A stretch of DNA of 64,000 nt from Armatimonadota bacterium (GCA_963677485.1 OY781964.1:3840001-3904000); one strand, 5' to 3'; positions 36,552-46,338 are shown, counted from the first letter of the stretch. The notes: generated by a model not told the origin, from the sequence alone. A program made the numbers and translations.

Positions 36552-36878
36552 ATGATAATAGTGATAATGGCTAATAGATTATTCTTGGCCACCGGATTAG
36601 TGTTTGGCATGAATAGCTTTCTCTCCGCCGCCCCCAGCGTGCAGGTGACAACCACCAGCGTAGACCTGGGCAAGTTTTACGCCCAGACCAAGCAAAAAGC
36701 AAGCCTTGTATTTAAAAACACCGGTGACCAGCCGCTAAAGCTGGAGCAGGTGACTTCGGGATGTGCGGCCTGCATCACGGTTGTTCTGCCAAAGCAGGAC
36801 ATCCGGCCAGGCGGTAAAGCGACTGTGTCGGTTGGTATAGAGCCGACAGACGACTTCCGGAACACGGGGGTAATATAG
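36552..36878 (+). CDS. DUF1573 domain secreted protein (short, possibly truncated)
   Basis: Signal peptide followed by DLG...FKNTGDQPLKL..V.SGCAACI...I.PG. Confidence 0.75.
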   Translation: MIIVIMANRLFLATGLVFGMNSFLSAAPSVQVTTTSVDLGKFYAQTKQKASLVFKNTGDQPLKLEQVTSGCAACITVVLPKQDIRPGGKATVSVGIEPTDDFRNTGVI

Positions 36879-37499
36879 ATGACAGACCGAATGAAGTTGT
36901 TGGTTGTGGCTGTTGTAGCCACTATGGGGGGGTATATTGGGGCTAGGATAGGTATCAAGGTGGCAATGAGGAATATAACCGAGGTTAAGACAAAACGGCT
37001 CATTATTGTTGACAAAGAAGGCAAGGAACGAGGACGATTTACCGTTAACTTGGATCGACCAAATATACAATTGAAAGACAAGGATGGCAAAATGAGAGGG
37101 CTATTTGCCTTAACTCACGAGGGACCTTTTCTTTCGTTTTTTGATCGTAAAGGCCGTGCGCGAGGGGAATTCGGATTACAAGGTCCTTTTTCATCATTAG
37201 TTTTATATGACGAAAACGGCAAATTACGAGGAGAGTTCAACGCTGATAATGCGGGCTCTAAAATTGTGTTGCGTGACGCAGACGGTCTGTACCGAGGAGA
37301 GTTCAAGGCCTCTCCATTAGATTCCAGACTAACAGTGTTTGGCACAGATGGCAAAATGCGTGGTATGTTCAGCGGTGAACCAAATGGATCTGGAATAAGG
37401 ATATGGGATACAAAAGGGAATAGGATATGGTCATCACCAGATAATCACCTATCGCCAGTACCGGGATTCGAACCCGGAAGTTGGGGCCCGACCAAGTAA
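36879..37499 (+). CDS. Membrane-anchored protein with 22-aa beta-rich repeats
   Basis: N-terminal TM helix and six to seven repeats of L.D..GK.RG.F. Confidence 0.75.
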   Translation: MTDRMKLLVVAVVATMGGYIGARIGIKVAMRNITEVKTKRLIIVDKEGKERGRFTVNLDRPNIQLKDKDGKMRGLFALTHEGPFLSFFDRKGRARGEFGLQGPFSSLVLYDENGKLRGEFNADNAGSKIVLRDADGLYRGEFKASPLDSRLTVFGTDGKMRGMFSGEPNGSGIRIWDTKGNRIWSSPDNHLSPVPGFEPGSWGPTK

Positions 37500-37599
37500 A
37501 GGGACCATTGGCGACCACTGTATAATCCGACCGGTGACGCCCGCCGGATGTTCACCAGTCGGATTACACTACTGTACTAGTGCCTGAGATACATACCCC

Positions 37600-38390
37600 A
37601 ATGACACCGACTCGAAGTATTACCACTTCGACGAACTCGGCAGCACGCTTTTCCTGACGGACGTCAATGGCATACAGACCGACAAATACGTCTACAACGC
37701 CTGGGGCAAGGTGGTGTCGTCCAGCGGCAGCACGGTGAACCCGTATAAATACGTCGGTCAATTGGGGTATTATTCAGATGCTGGCACGGGATTAATGCTG
37801 TTGGGCAGTCGCTTCTATGACCCGGAGGCGGGGGAAATTTACCCAACGCGACACAGTGAAAGATGGTCTCAGCCATTATGCCTACACCAGTGGGCAGGTG
37901 ATGGCCGCTGTAGACCCGTGCGGAAATACTAGTTATGATCCAGATGTGTGGAATGGCATGTTACACTTGACGTTTAATACCTGTTATTCATATGCCATGA
38001 ATGACCCAAGTGTCGGGATACCTGGCTGGATGGATGACGATAAGCCTCAACCTGGTGAAAGTAGGTTGAAGCAATATCAGCTGTACAAAGAAACATGCAA
38101 AGACATACGGAGACACTCAGGTTAAGATTATGACTTGAAGGATGTGTCGAAAGTGGGCTGTCAAAAAGGATGGCATCAAGTTTGTTTGTATCTTAGCACA
38201 AATGACTATCATTGGTTACGACAGGATAACCATGGGTATCCGTCTCATAAGCGAGGTTTGACATATGCTACCAATGTATATTATATAAGCTTATAACAGA
38301 TCCAAATAAGATTGCTAAAGCACTCAAATACACCAAAAATAACTGTGGATGTAGATGTGCAAGAGACAATAATAAAAGGAGAGACGGGTA
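37600..38390 (+). pseudogene. Orphan Rhs module 1: core fragment plus toxin C-terminus, disrupted
   Basis: YYHFDELGS...YNAWG...RFYDPEAG...DPCG core. Frameshift at about 37834, in-frame TAA at 38123-38125 and a second frameshift near 38285. Confidence 0.8.
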
Positions 38391-38852
38391 ATGGGTGTAA
38401 ATAAGATTATTGATGTAAGGTACGAAGAGAAGTCAACAATTCGCTGCAGGAAGGAATATAAATACCGACTAAGTAATTACGCACATGAAATGACTGTGTT
38501 CTCAATTGATTACATTGAAAACATGCCTATGCATCGGGTATTTGAAGTACTCGAGCAAGGTCCTGGATATATCTATACAGTTCATCGGGAATATGGGTTC
38601 ATCCGACGACCATACATTTTAATGGCAATCTCAACTAGCCCGCCAGAAATGAACACAGCATACTCGTCTGTCGTGTGTTTCCTAGGGTCATATGGACATT
38701 ACAATAGTCTGTTCACGTTGTATTCGATTGTAACACGTGTTTCAGGTGGTTACCTAGGAGATCAAGTATCGATAACGCTTGACTCAACGAGGAGATATTT
38801 GCTTGTCACCGATTTGCATACAGGAAAAGTAATGACAAGACGCCCCATATAG
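38391..38852 (+). CDS. Hypothetical protein, candidate immunity for Rhs module 1
   Basis: AT-rich ORF starting directly after the reconstructed toxin stop. Confidence 0.5.
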   Translation: MGVNKIIDVRYEEKSTIRCRKEYKYRLSNYAHEMTVFSIDYIENMPMHRVFEVLEQGPGYIYTVHREYGFIRRPYILMAISTSPPEMNTAYSSVVCFLGSYGHYNSLFTLYSIVTRVSGGYLGDQVSITLDSTRRYLLVTDLHTGKVMTRRPI

Positions 38853-38996
38853 TTTTCCCTGAGCCCAAAAGCAACAAAACATGCAGTTTAACTCAGAAAT
38901 CAGAAATTGGAAAAGAAAGCATGGATGCCATGGAAACGATAATAACACAATCACCCAATTTATCTTTTGGCATATCGGTTCTGCTTGTTGTCTTGA

Positions 38997-39063
38997 TTGC
39001 CAATCTCCGGCGCGGTCTGGCGGGTGATTAGCGGTTGCGGAAAGCTCAAGAACGCGCCGGTCT
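38997..39063. repeat. 67-bp stem-loop repeat, copy 2
   Basis: CCGGCGCGGTCT...AGAACGCGCCGG stem. Matches 36196-36262. Confidence 0.75.
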
Positions 39064-39197
39064 TTTTTACCGGCAGGTTATTATTTGGCACGATTGTAAC
39101 GCCTGTTGACAACCTTGTTGGAAAAAAGGGTACACAAAGTCGGAGGGTATTGTTTCGACAGGTTCATTCAAACCAATGTTGACATTCCTTAGGAGGT

Positions 39198-39956
39198 ATG
39201 GTACATTTGGTTCAGAAAATTGTATATCGCTTCAATGCTGAAGCTTTGGAGGCTTGTCGGAGTCACCATTATATCAGCCGATATCGGTCTGCAATGAGTT
39301 TTCGCGCTAAATACGCCCAAGTTAGGGCAATCAAACCTATAGTCCAGTCTGGATTGGCAGTGCTTGACGAAATGGCATTTCGGCAGCTGATAGCAGTATG
39401 TTACGACTTATTATGTTCAGGTGCTGTCGATGTGAATCATTTGCTAAGCTTGACGCCCACAGGCAAACGAGGATTGGAATTTGGTAAAGCCCTTCAGTTG
39501 TGGCCGTTATTCTGGAACGGTCGAGATAAGCCCCGGGCTTATGGAAAAACTATTAGCGCTATAGAGTTTTCATATGTGTTGTGTTTTCCATATACATACA
39601 TAGCTGGAGTTGGAGATCGCCTTCTTCCGTATTTGTTCGATGCATTAGTCAGTTGGTCAACTACGAAATACGACCAGATACATCCCTTGACAAGCGATTT
39701 AGTTCGACAAGCTATGGTAAGATATACCAATTCTATGGTGTATGACTTCTGTACAGCCTCACCTGAAGCCGAGAATCTACTGTCAATGTACGCAAAATCA
39801 TCCAAGCTGACCACGTGTCGTGCGGGGATCGTGCGGTGCCTTACGAAATACCCGAAAGATTGCACAAATGTCGTAACCGTAATGCGCCATATCGCAAAAA
39901 ATGACCCTGATCCGAAGATTCGGGAGATCGCTAAGCTAAGCGTGAAATCATACTGA
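39198..39956 (+). CDS. Hypothetical helical protein with HEAT-like C-terminus
   Basis: AGGAGG RBS and C-terminal IAKNDPDPKIREIA. Confidence 0.65.
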   Translation: MVHLVQKIVYRFNAEALEACRSHHYISRYRSAMSFRAKYAQVRAIKPIVQSGLAVLDEMAFRQLIAVCYDLLCSGAVDVNHLLSLTPTGKRGLEFGKALQLWPLFWNGRDKPRAYGKTISAIEFSYVLCFPYTYIAGVGDRLLPYLFDALVSWSTTKYDQIHPLTSDLVRQAMVRYTNSMVYDFCTASPEAENLLSMYAKSSKLTTCRAGIVRCLTKYPKDCTNVVTVMRHIAKNDPDPKIREIAKLSVKSY

Positions 39957-39968
39957 AGAATCGAGCGA

Positions 39969-40823
39969 TTGGGCGTCTACACATATGATGCCACAGCCAA
40001 TATTGGCTGTCATAACCGAAGTTCACCCGTGAACCGTGCCTCAAATGCCTTCTACGGGCGTGAACCCAGCGGTGAGCTGGTCATGCGCCAGAACGGCACG
40101 GACTCGAAGTATTACCACTTCGATGAGCTGGGCAGTACGCTTTTCCTGACGGACGTGAGCTGTGTGCAGACAGACAAATATGTCTACAACACCTGGGGAA
40201 AGGTGGTTTCCTCCAGCGGCAGCACGGTGAACCCGTATAAATATGTAGGTCGATTGGGGTACTATTCAGATAGTGGCACTGGTTTACTGCTGTTGGGCAG
40301 CCGCTTCTACGACCCGGAGGCAGGGGTGTTCACGCAACGCGACGCGGCAAAGGACGGGCTGAGCTACTACGCATACACCAGCGGGAAGGTGATGACGGTG
40401 GTGGACCCGTGGGGAGAAAACCCGGTAACAAGCATTGGTGGTACAGTTCTTGTAGCCATGTGTGCTTACAAGGCATTCATATGCCTTAACACAGTTTATG
40501 GCTTTGCCGATAAAATCAAGAAGGTTAACGACAAGATCGCTCACTGCTATGCAGTTTGTGAGGCTCAAGTTACATGTAAAGTATCAGCCCGGTTTATATC
40601 GGAAATAATAAAATCCCCACTTTTTGAAGATGATCCTGAAGACAAAAAAGCTGATGACTTTGGCGTTGATTGTGCTTTCAGGATAGGGTCAGATAAATTT
40701 GGAGAAATACAAAAGATGTTCGGTTTATATCCTAACTGCGTAGCCTGCTGTATTGATAAAACATCTGACCTGAAGATTGACATTGGTGCAAATAGGCGAA
40801 CGAAGTTTAAATTCCACTGGTGA
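39969..40823 (+). CDS. Orphan Rhs module 2: core fragment plus Cys-rich toxin C-terminus
   Basis: Intact frame with core ending in DPWG. C-terminus has NDKIAHCYAVC...D..AD..G and CVACC. No convincing native start. Confidence 0.8.
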   Translation: MGVYTYDATANIGCHNRSSPVNRASNAFYGREPSGELVMRQNGTDSKYYHFDELGSTLFLTDVSCVQTDKYVYNTWGKVVSSSGSTVNPYKYVGRLGYYSDSGTGLLLLGSRFYDPEAGVFTQRDAAKDGLSYYAYTSGKVMTVVDPWGENPVTSIGGTVLVAMCAYKAFICLNTVYGFADKIKKVNDKIAHCYAVCEAQVTCKVSARFISEIIKSPLFEDDPEDKKADDFGVDCAFRIGSDKFGEIQKMFGLYPNCVACCIDKTSDLKIDIGANRRTKFKFHW

Positions 40824-40921
40824 TATCGACGTAAATCAATCATCAGGCAAATACACAGAAGAACGATGTCCTAAAACATGAGCTTACACATAATAATAAC
40901 AACGTACGCAAGGACTTGAAT

Positions 40922-41323
40922 ATGAGCTATAAAACTTGGATCAAAGTTAACAAGAGGTATCTGGAATGTTTCGCGAATGGTGTGGTAGCGTTAGTTGCCG
41001 GGCTGACTGTTGCTTGGATATTTCTCTGTCTTTCCTGGCAAGACTGGGTTATTCAAGTGTATTTGGCTAGTCAAAAAGGAAATACAATAGAGGATGTAAA
41101 GCATATACTTGGTACTGACTACACTGGTGTGTCAATTGCATCCATGTTACGTGATTGTCCACAATGTGAGGAACCGAAGCAAAAAAGTAGTGTCATTGTT
41201 TCTACGCACGTCCACTGGATCCTCAGCTCTACTAAACTCCCCCTGCAAGGTTGGCGGGCATATATTGTGTTTGATGCTCAAGGTAAAGTAGTGGCAAGCC
41301 GAATGTGTCCGTTTCGGGATTGA
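40922..41323 (+). CDS. Membrane-anchored hypothetical protein, candidate immunity for module 2
   Basis: TM helix then KGNTIEDVKHILG...YIVFDAQGKVV, a SmpA/BLIP-like pattern. Confidence 0.6.
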   Translation: MSYKTWIKVNKRYLECFANGVVALVAGLTVAWIFLCLSWQDWVIQVYLASQKGNTIEDVKHILGTDYTGVSIASMLRDCPQCEEPKQKSSVIVSTHVHWILSSTKLPLQGWRAYIVFDAQGKVVASRMCPFRD

Positions 41324-41699
41324 AACACGTGCGGGGCCCTCGATTATAATCGTTGATTAGTGCCTAGCCTACAGTGATGAATTTTAAAAAAACACCTATC
41401 CCAGTAGAGCCTTCTCCCCCCATCGCGAGTGCACAATTAACCGAATACAGTGCTTATAAACTCTGAAGCGGCGATGCCCGACGGTAAATGTGTTTTCTTG
41501 TGTCAAGGTGGAGTAAGAGCCACAGCGGCGGTCTGAATGCTGTCGATGGAAATCCACCAAGGTCACTAAGGGATCATGGCGTGAATTGTAAGTCTGTTCG
41601 GCATATTAATGCCATCAGTATTCGGCGTGTTTATCCCAATTTGTAATTTTCTGCGTTGTGGGCAGCATCTTGACAAGCGCAGCCTTGTTAAAACCTCCG

Positions 41700-42553
41700 C
41701 GCGGTGAGCAGGTCATGCGCAAAAACGGCACAGACCTGAAGTATTACCACTTCGATGAGCTGGGCAGCACGCTCTTCCTGACGGACGTCAATGGCATACA
41801 GGCCGATAAATACGTCTACAACGCCTGGGCAAGGTGGTGTCGTCTTCTGGCACGACGGTGAACCCATATAAATATGTAGGTCGATTGGGGTACTATTCAG
41901 ATAGTGGCACTGGTTTGATGCTGTTAGGCAAGCGCTTCTACGACCCGGAGGCAGGGGTGTTTACTCAGCGCGACAAGGCGAAGGACGGGATGAGCTACTA
42001 TGCCTATACCAGCGGAAAGGTGATGACGGCGATGGATCCGTGGGGGAAGTTTATGGGTGAGGTTATTAACCCCGGGGGATTTAATCCGTTTATAAATCTC
42101 CCTATCGATCATATCCGGGAGACACTTGAAAGTAATAAGAAACGTCTGCGTGATCTATTGCAGGATACCAAAGGCTGTAAACGAACTGACATATATTGCG
42201 TTGCCAAGGGATGGAGAAGTGCCCAAGTACAGGTTGAGCAGTATGCAGGCCTCAAAAATATCCCAGATGGTACTATTTGGAACGCCATAGTGCATTGTAC
42301 AGCCGCATGTAATATATCGAGGTACTGTGGCAGCTCGCTAGCCAAAAATGCCAATGATAACCATGAGTATCTCAGATGGGATGGATGGAATGGGCCTATG
42401 GGTTTATGGAATAATGGCGTGGGTTTATATGTTGCTAATGGAAACGGCTCTTGCTTGGAGGGCTGTGCTGCGAAGGCTAATAGTGGTGAGTTAGCGTGGC
42501 TGAGACCATTACCGTGGATACCGATCGGTTATTGGCCGAGGATTATTTGGTAA
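41700..42553 (+). pseudogene. Orphan Rhs module 3: frameshifted core fragment plus DUF6973-like C-terminus
   Basis: Core homology starts near 41700 with a 1-bp deletion at about 41828 and ends in DPWG. C-terminus has NAIVHC...G..LAK...DNHE...MGLWNNGVG. Confidence 0.78.
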
Positions 42554-42559
42554 ACACCC

Positions 42560-43060
42560 ATGATGACTATAGGTCTAAAATCCACAATAATAGTAGTAGC
42601 TAAAATTATACTGGTGCTGGTATTTGTTTGTATTAGGTACATACTTAATCTCTATCTAGCAGTAAGCGATTTACCAACACATAGTTTTATAGTGAGGCTG
42701 GTATTTCTCTCTATACTCATGCCATGCTTCTTGTTTGGGCTCGCGAGGTTGGTCAGCAGTTCTGTAATCGCATATATCGTCACCTGTATCGCTGTGATTG
42801 CAAGTATTACCATAAGAATTTTCGACAGTGGTCCGATTTCATATTTATGGCCATTTGGATTCTGGCTTCGCATTGAGCCTCCCAGTCAAATAACAGCAAT
42901 TGTCTTGTGTGCATTAGCAGTGCTGTTTGCGTTAAAAAAACTAGTGGAATATGTAAAGCATGATACGCCATTTAGCCTTGTCCTCATCGTTGGCAGTCAG
43001 GTTGTGGAGATTATACTTACGGCTTATTCGTGTGATCCTAGCATTCAATGCGGTGACTAG
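42560..43060 (+). CDS. Multi-pass membrane protein, candidate immunity for module 3
   Basis: About five hydrophobic helices, 6 bp downstream of the toxin stop. Confidence 0.65.
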   Translation: MMTIGLKSTIIVVAKIILVLVFVCIRYILNLYLAVSDLPTHSFIVRLVFLSILMPCFLFGLARLVSSSVIAYIVTCIAVIASITIRIFDSGPISYLWPFGFWLRIEPPSQITAIVLCALAVLFALKKLVEYVKHDTPFSLVLIVGSQVVEIILTAYSCDPSIQCGD

Positions 43061-43099
43061 TTATTAATTACATTCATCCAAAAATGACACACGGTGTGA

Positions 43100-43338
43100 A
43101 GACGGCATGGACTTGAATCACTACCACTCGGAAACACCCTCTTCCTGACAGACATCAACGGCGTGCAGACAGACAAGTATGTCTACAACGCCTGGGGCAA
43201 GGTAGTTTCATCCAGCGGGAGCACGGTGAACCCGTTTCAATATGTGGGTCAGTTGGGGTATTATTCAGACAGCTTCACAGGTTTGATGCTGCTAGGCTGC
43301 CGCTTCTACGACCCGGAAGCGGAGGTATTCACCCAGCC
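43100..43338 (+). pseudogene. Orphan Rhs module 4: truncated core fragment with no toxin
   Basis: LFLTDINGVQTDKYVYNAWG...RFYDPEAEVFTQ, after which homology stops before DPxG. Confidence 0.78.
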
Positions 43339-43376
43339 CGACTCGTCGAGATTCATACACCACCACCGCCCCTTTA

Positions 43377-43389
43377 GGAAATACTTTCC
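43377..43389. promoter_or_regulatory. Candidate RpiR-family operator for the polyol operon
   Basis: GGAAA-TAC-TTTCC palindrome about 110 bp upstream of the operon start. Confidence 0.4.
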
Positions 43390-43496
43390 GTAAACACCGT
43401 GCAATACTGGTAAATCACTCCATAACCGGGTATCATAACCTCGTATGCCTTGTGGGCGGTGTCCACCTGGCCAGATACTCAGCATGGAGACAAATA

Positions 43497-44414
43497 ATGA
43501 CGAAGTTCAGCTTCGGTATCAATATGGGTTTCGCGATCAACCGCTTCCCCGAGCCAAAAGTGTGGGCGAAGCTGGTCAAAGAGGATTTCGGGCTGGACAA
43601 CATCCAGTTCGTGGCCGACCTTCTCAACCCCTTCCTGCCCGACATGGTGATCAGCGCCCAGATGGACGAGATCAAGAACGAGTGTGCGAAGCGCGGCATC
43701 ACCGTCCAGAGCACCTTCACCAGTGCCTTCACCCGTGTCAACCACCTGATGCACCCCGATCCCGTGCAGCGGCGTGTCTGGATCGAGTGGTTCAAGAAGT
43801 GGTTCGCGATCTCCGCGGAGCTGGGAGCCGAGACCACCGGCAGCCATTTTGGCATCATGAGCGTGAATGACGTGAACAACCCCGAGCTCTTCAAACAGCG
43901 CGAAGATGGCTGCGTGGCGGCCTGGCAGGAGCTGAGCCGAACCGGCAAAGAGCTTGGTCTGAAGTATTTGATCTACGAACCGATGTCTTGCCCGCGTGAG
44001 AACGCCTGGACCTGGGAAGAGACCTTGCGTCTGCGTGACCGCGTAAACGAGGACGCGGCCATCCCCATGGAGATATGCCTCGACCTCGGCCATGCACCGC
44101 ACCCCGATCAGCGCGACCCCGTGCTCTGGATACGCAAGACGGGGGCCGTCAGTCCGGTGATTCACCTTCAGCAGACTGAAGCGGGCCATAGCCGTCACTG
44201 GCCTTTCACCGCGCAATACAATGCGCAAGGCGTGGTCCAGCCATATGAGATGCTCAAGGAGCTCGAAGCCACAGGCCGTGAAGAGTTTGCCCTCTTCCTG
44301 GAAATCAGCCATCGCGAGCGCTGGCCTGATGATACCTATGTCATCCCCGAACTGGCCGAATCCGCTCAGTGCTGGAAGGATGCCATCGCCCGCTACGAAA
44401 GCGAGAATAGCTAG
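43497..44414 (+). CDS. Sugar-phosphate epimerase, EryC-like TIM barrel
   Basis: GINMGFAINRFPEP, TRVNHLMHPD, YEPM, LDLGH, HLQQT and RHWPFT motifs. GGAG RBS before ATG at 43497. Confidence 0.8.
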   Translation: MTKFSFGINMGFAINRFPEPKVWAKLVKEDFGLDNIQFVADLLNPFLPDMVISAQMDEIKNECAKRGITVQSTFTSAFTRVNHLMHPDPVQRRVWIEWFKKWFAISAELGAETTGSHFGIMSVNDVNNPELFKQREDGCVAAWQELSRTGKELGLKYLIYEPMSCPRENAWTWEETLRLRDRVNEDAAIPMEICLDLGHAPHPDQRDPVLWIRKTGAVSPVIHLQQTEAGHSRHWPFTAQYNAQGVVQPYEMLKELEATGREEFALFLEISHRERWPDDTYVIPELAESAQCWKDAIARYESENS

Positions 44415-45455
44415 ATGAGGGCACTCACGCTGAAGGCCATTGGCGAGATGGCGATGGTGGAGCTGCCGAAGCCCGAGCCGAAAGAGGGCTGGGCGGTGAT
44501 CCGCGTGGTGGCCTGCGGGGTATGCGGCAGTGATATCCCCCGTGTGTTTTCCAAGGGCACCTATCACTTTCCCACGGTCATTGGCCATGAGTTTTCCGGC
44601 ACGATTGAACAGATCGGTGAGAACACGCTTGGTCTGAGCGTGGGGGATACCGTGGCGGTGTTCCCGTTGATTCCTTGCGGGAAATGTGCGATGTGCGGCA
44701 TCGGGCAGTACCATCTGTGCGACGACTACGACTATCTGGGTTCCCGTCGAGACGGCGCGTTCGCGGAGTATGTCAGCGCACCTGTGCAGAACCTGCTCAA
44801 AGTGCCAGACGGCGTGGATGCTGATCATGCTGCGATGGTGGAGCCATGCGCTGTGGCGCTTCATGCGGTGCGCCGAGGTGGTATCAACGCGGGTGACATC
44901 GTGTGGGTGGCTGGAGCTGGCCCCATCGGACTGCTGATCGCGAAGTGGGCGAAAATCCTGGGAGCCAGCCGCGTGATGATCAGCGATATCGACCAGAAGA
45001 AGCTCGATATGGCCGCCGAGTGGGTGGGTGCGGAGCCCATCAACAGCGTCCAGGTGGATCCTGTCGATTGGGTGATGCAGCAGACCGGCGGGCGTGGTGC
45101 CGATCTGGCGGTTGAAGCGGTGGGCATCGCGCAGACCGCCAACCAGGCGATCATGGTGGCCCGGAAGATGGGCCGCGTGGTGTTCATGGGCAACCCAGCG
45201 GGTGATATGAACTTCCCGCAGAAGGTCTACTGGGAAATCCTGCGCCGTGAGCTCACGGTGGTGGGTGGATGGAACAGCAGCTACGGAAGCTATCCCACCA
45301 ACGAGTGGAAGGTCGTTCTGGAGGCCATGGCGGATGGTCGGCTTGATGTCACCCCACTGATCACGCAGGTTGTTGGTCTGGAACAGGCATACGACACCAT
45401 GGTGGCCATGCGCGACCGTAAGATCGACTACATCAAGGTGTTGGTGAAGCCATAA
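44415..45455 (+). CDS. Zn-dependent polyol(-phosphate) dehydrogenase (galactitol-1-phosphate 5-dehydrogenase-like)
   Basis: GVCGSD, GHEFSG, C..C..C...C, GSRRDG and GAGPIG motifs. Confidence 0.88.
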   Translation: MRALTLKAIGEMAMVELPKPEPKEGWAVIRVVACGVCGSDIPRVFSKGTYHFPTVIGHEFSGTIEQIGENTLGLSVGDTVAVFPLIPCGKCAMCGIGQYHLCDDYDYLGSRRDGAFAEYVSAPVQNLLKVPDGVDADHAAMVEPCAVALHAVRRGGINAGDIVWVAGAGPIGLLIAKWAKILGASRVMISDIDQKKLDMAAEWVGAEPINSVQVDPVDWVMQQTGGRGADLAVEAVGIAQTANQAIMVARKMGRVVFMGNPAGDMNFPQKVYWEILRRELTVVGGWNSSYGSYPTNEWKVVLEAMADGRLDVTPLITQVVGLEQAYDTMVAMRDRKIDYIKVLVKP

Positions 45456-45458
45456 ATC

Positions 45459-46262
45459 ATGTGTGATCACAACGAAGCAAACGTCTCTCGGTTTGATGGA
45501 TTCGCGGAGATATATGATAAGTATCGGCCGCAACCCCCGAAGGTCATACCGGCGATGCTCACCCAGTGGCTTGGTGCCATGCCGAAGCTGGTAGTAGACA
45601 TCGGCTGCGGAACCGGCCTCTCTACGCGGATATGGCAGTCGCAGGCGGATCGGGTGATCGGTATCGAGCCGAACCATGATATGCGCAGCGTGGCAGAACA
45701 ACGCACGCCATCCGAAGCCGGCATCAGCTATCAGTTTGGCACCTCGACACAGACTGGCCTGCCTGACGAATCAACGGACATCGTGTCTGTCTCGCAAGCC
45801 TTTCATTGGATGGAGCCGGTGGCAACCCTCAAGGAAGTGTCACGGGTGTTGCGTCCTGACGGGATTTTGGCTGTGATAGACTGCGACTGGCCGCCGATGA
45901 TGAATTGGCAGGCGGAACAGAAATACCGTGAGCTGATGGCGTTAACAAGCTCGCTCGAGCGTGCACAGAAGAAACTGAACGATGTAAAGAAGTGGCCCAA
46001 GAGCGAGCATATGCATAATATCGAGCGATCTGGCCATTTCCGGTATACCAGGGAGGTCACTCTGCACAACACCGAAACGGGCAATGCCGATCGACTCATT
46101 GGCATGATGTACAGCCAGGGCGGTGTCGAAAGCCTGCTTAAGCTGGGTGTCACACAGTTGGTCGACGCCATTGAGCCGTTCAAACAGGCCATCCATGAAA
46201 TACTGGGTGAAACTCTGCAACCCTGGTATGTGAGCTACCGCGTCCGGTTAGGCGTAAAGTAG
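45459..46262 (+). CDS. Class I SAM-dependent methyltransferase
   Basis: YDKYRP, VDIGCGTG, QAFHW and RVLRPDG motifs. Confidence 0.9.
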   Translation: MCDHNEANVSRFDGFAEIYDKYRPQPPKVIPAMLTQWLGAMPKLVVDIGCGTGLSTRIWQSQADRVIGIEPNHDMRSVAEQRTPSEAGISYQFGTSTQTGLPDESTDIVSVSQAFHWMEPVATLKEVSRVLRPDGILAVIDCDWPPMMNWQAEQKYRELMALTSSLERAQKKLNDVKKWPKSEHMHNIERSGHFRYTREVTLHNTETGNADRLIGMMYSQGGVESLLKLGVTQLVDAIEPFKQAIHEILGETLQPWYVSYRVRLGVK

Positions 46263-46338
46263 GCGCCAGCCTGCCGCCGCCAGATTCGATGAATGATGAC
46301 TACCCGCAGTCACCCTGCGGATATATAGGAGCCGATGA

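Noticed and set aside
37461-37477. Perfect tRNA T-arm-like sequence (CCGGGTTCGAATCCCGG on the minus strand)
   Set aside because: No D-arm, anticodon arm or acceptor stem, lies inside an ORF, and has no second copy to suggest an att site.
38123-38125. Programmed readthrough or recoding in Rhs module 1
   Set aside because: The same module also has two frameshifts, so ordinary decay or assembly error is the simpler explanation.
36196-39063. Integron attC sites
   Set aside because: The 67-bp repeats lack clear RYYYAAC and GTTRRRY ends, do not follow each gene, and no integrase is present.
37600-43338. Diversity-generating retroelement explanation for the near-identical repeats
   Set aside because: No reverse transcriptase, differences are not confined to adenines, and the repeats encode Rhs core.
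43479-45701. 740-aa minus-strand ORF
   Set aside because: Antisense shadow of three well-supported plus-strand genes, with no recognisable motifs.
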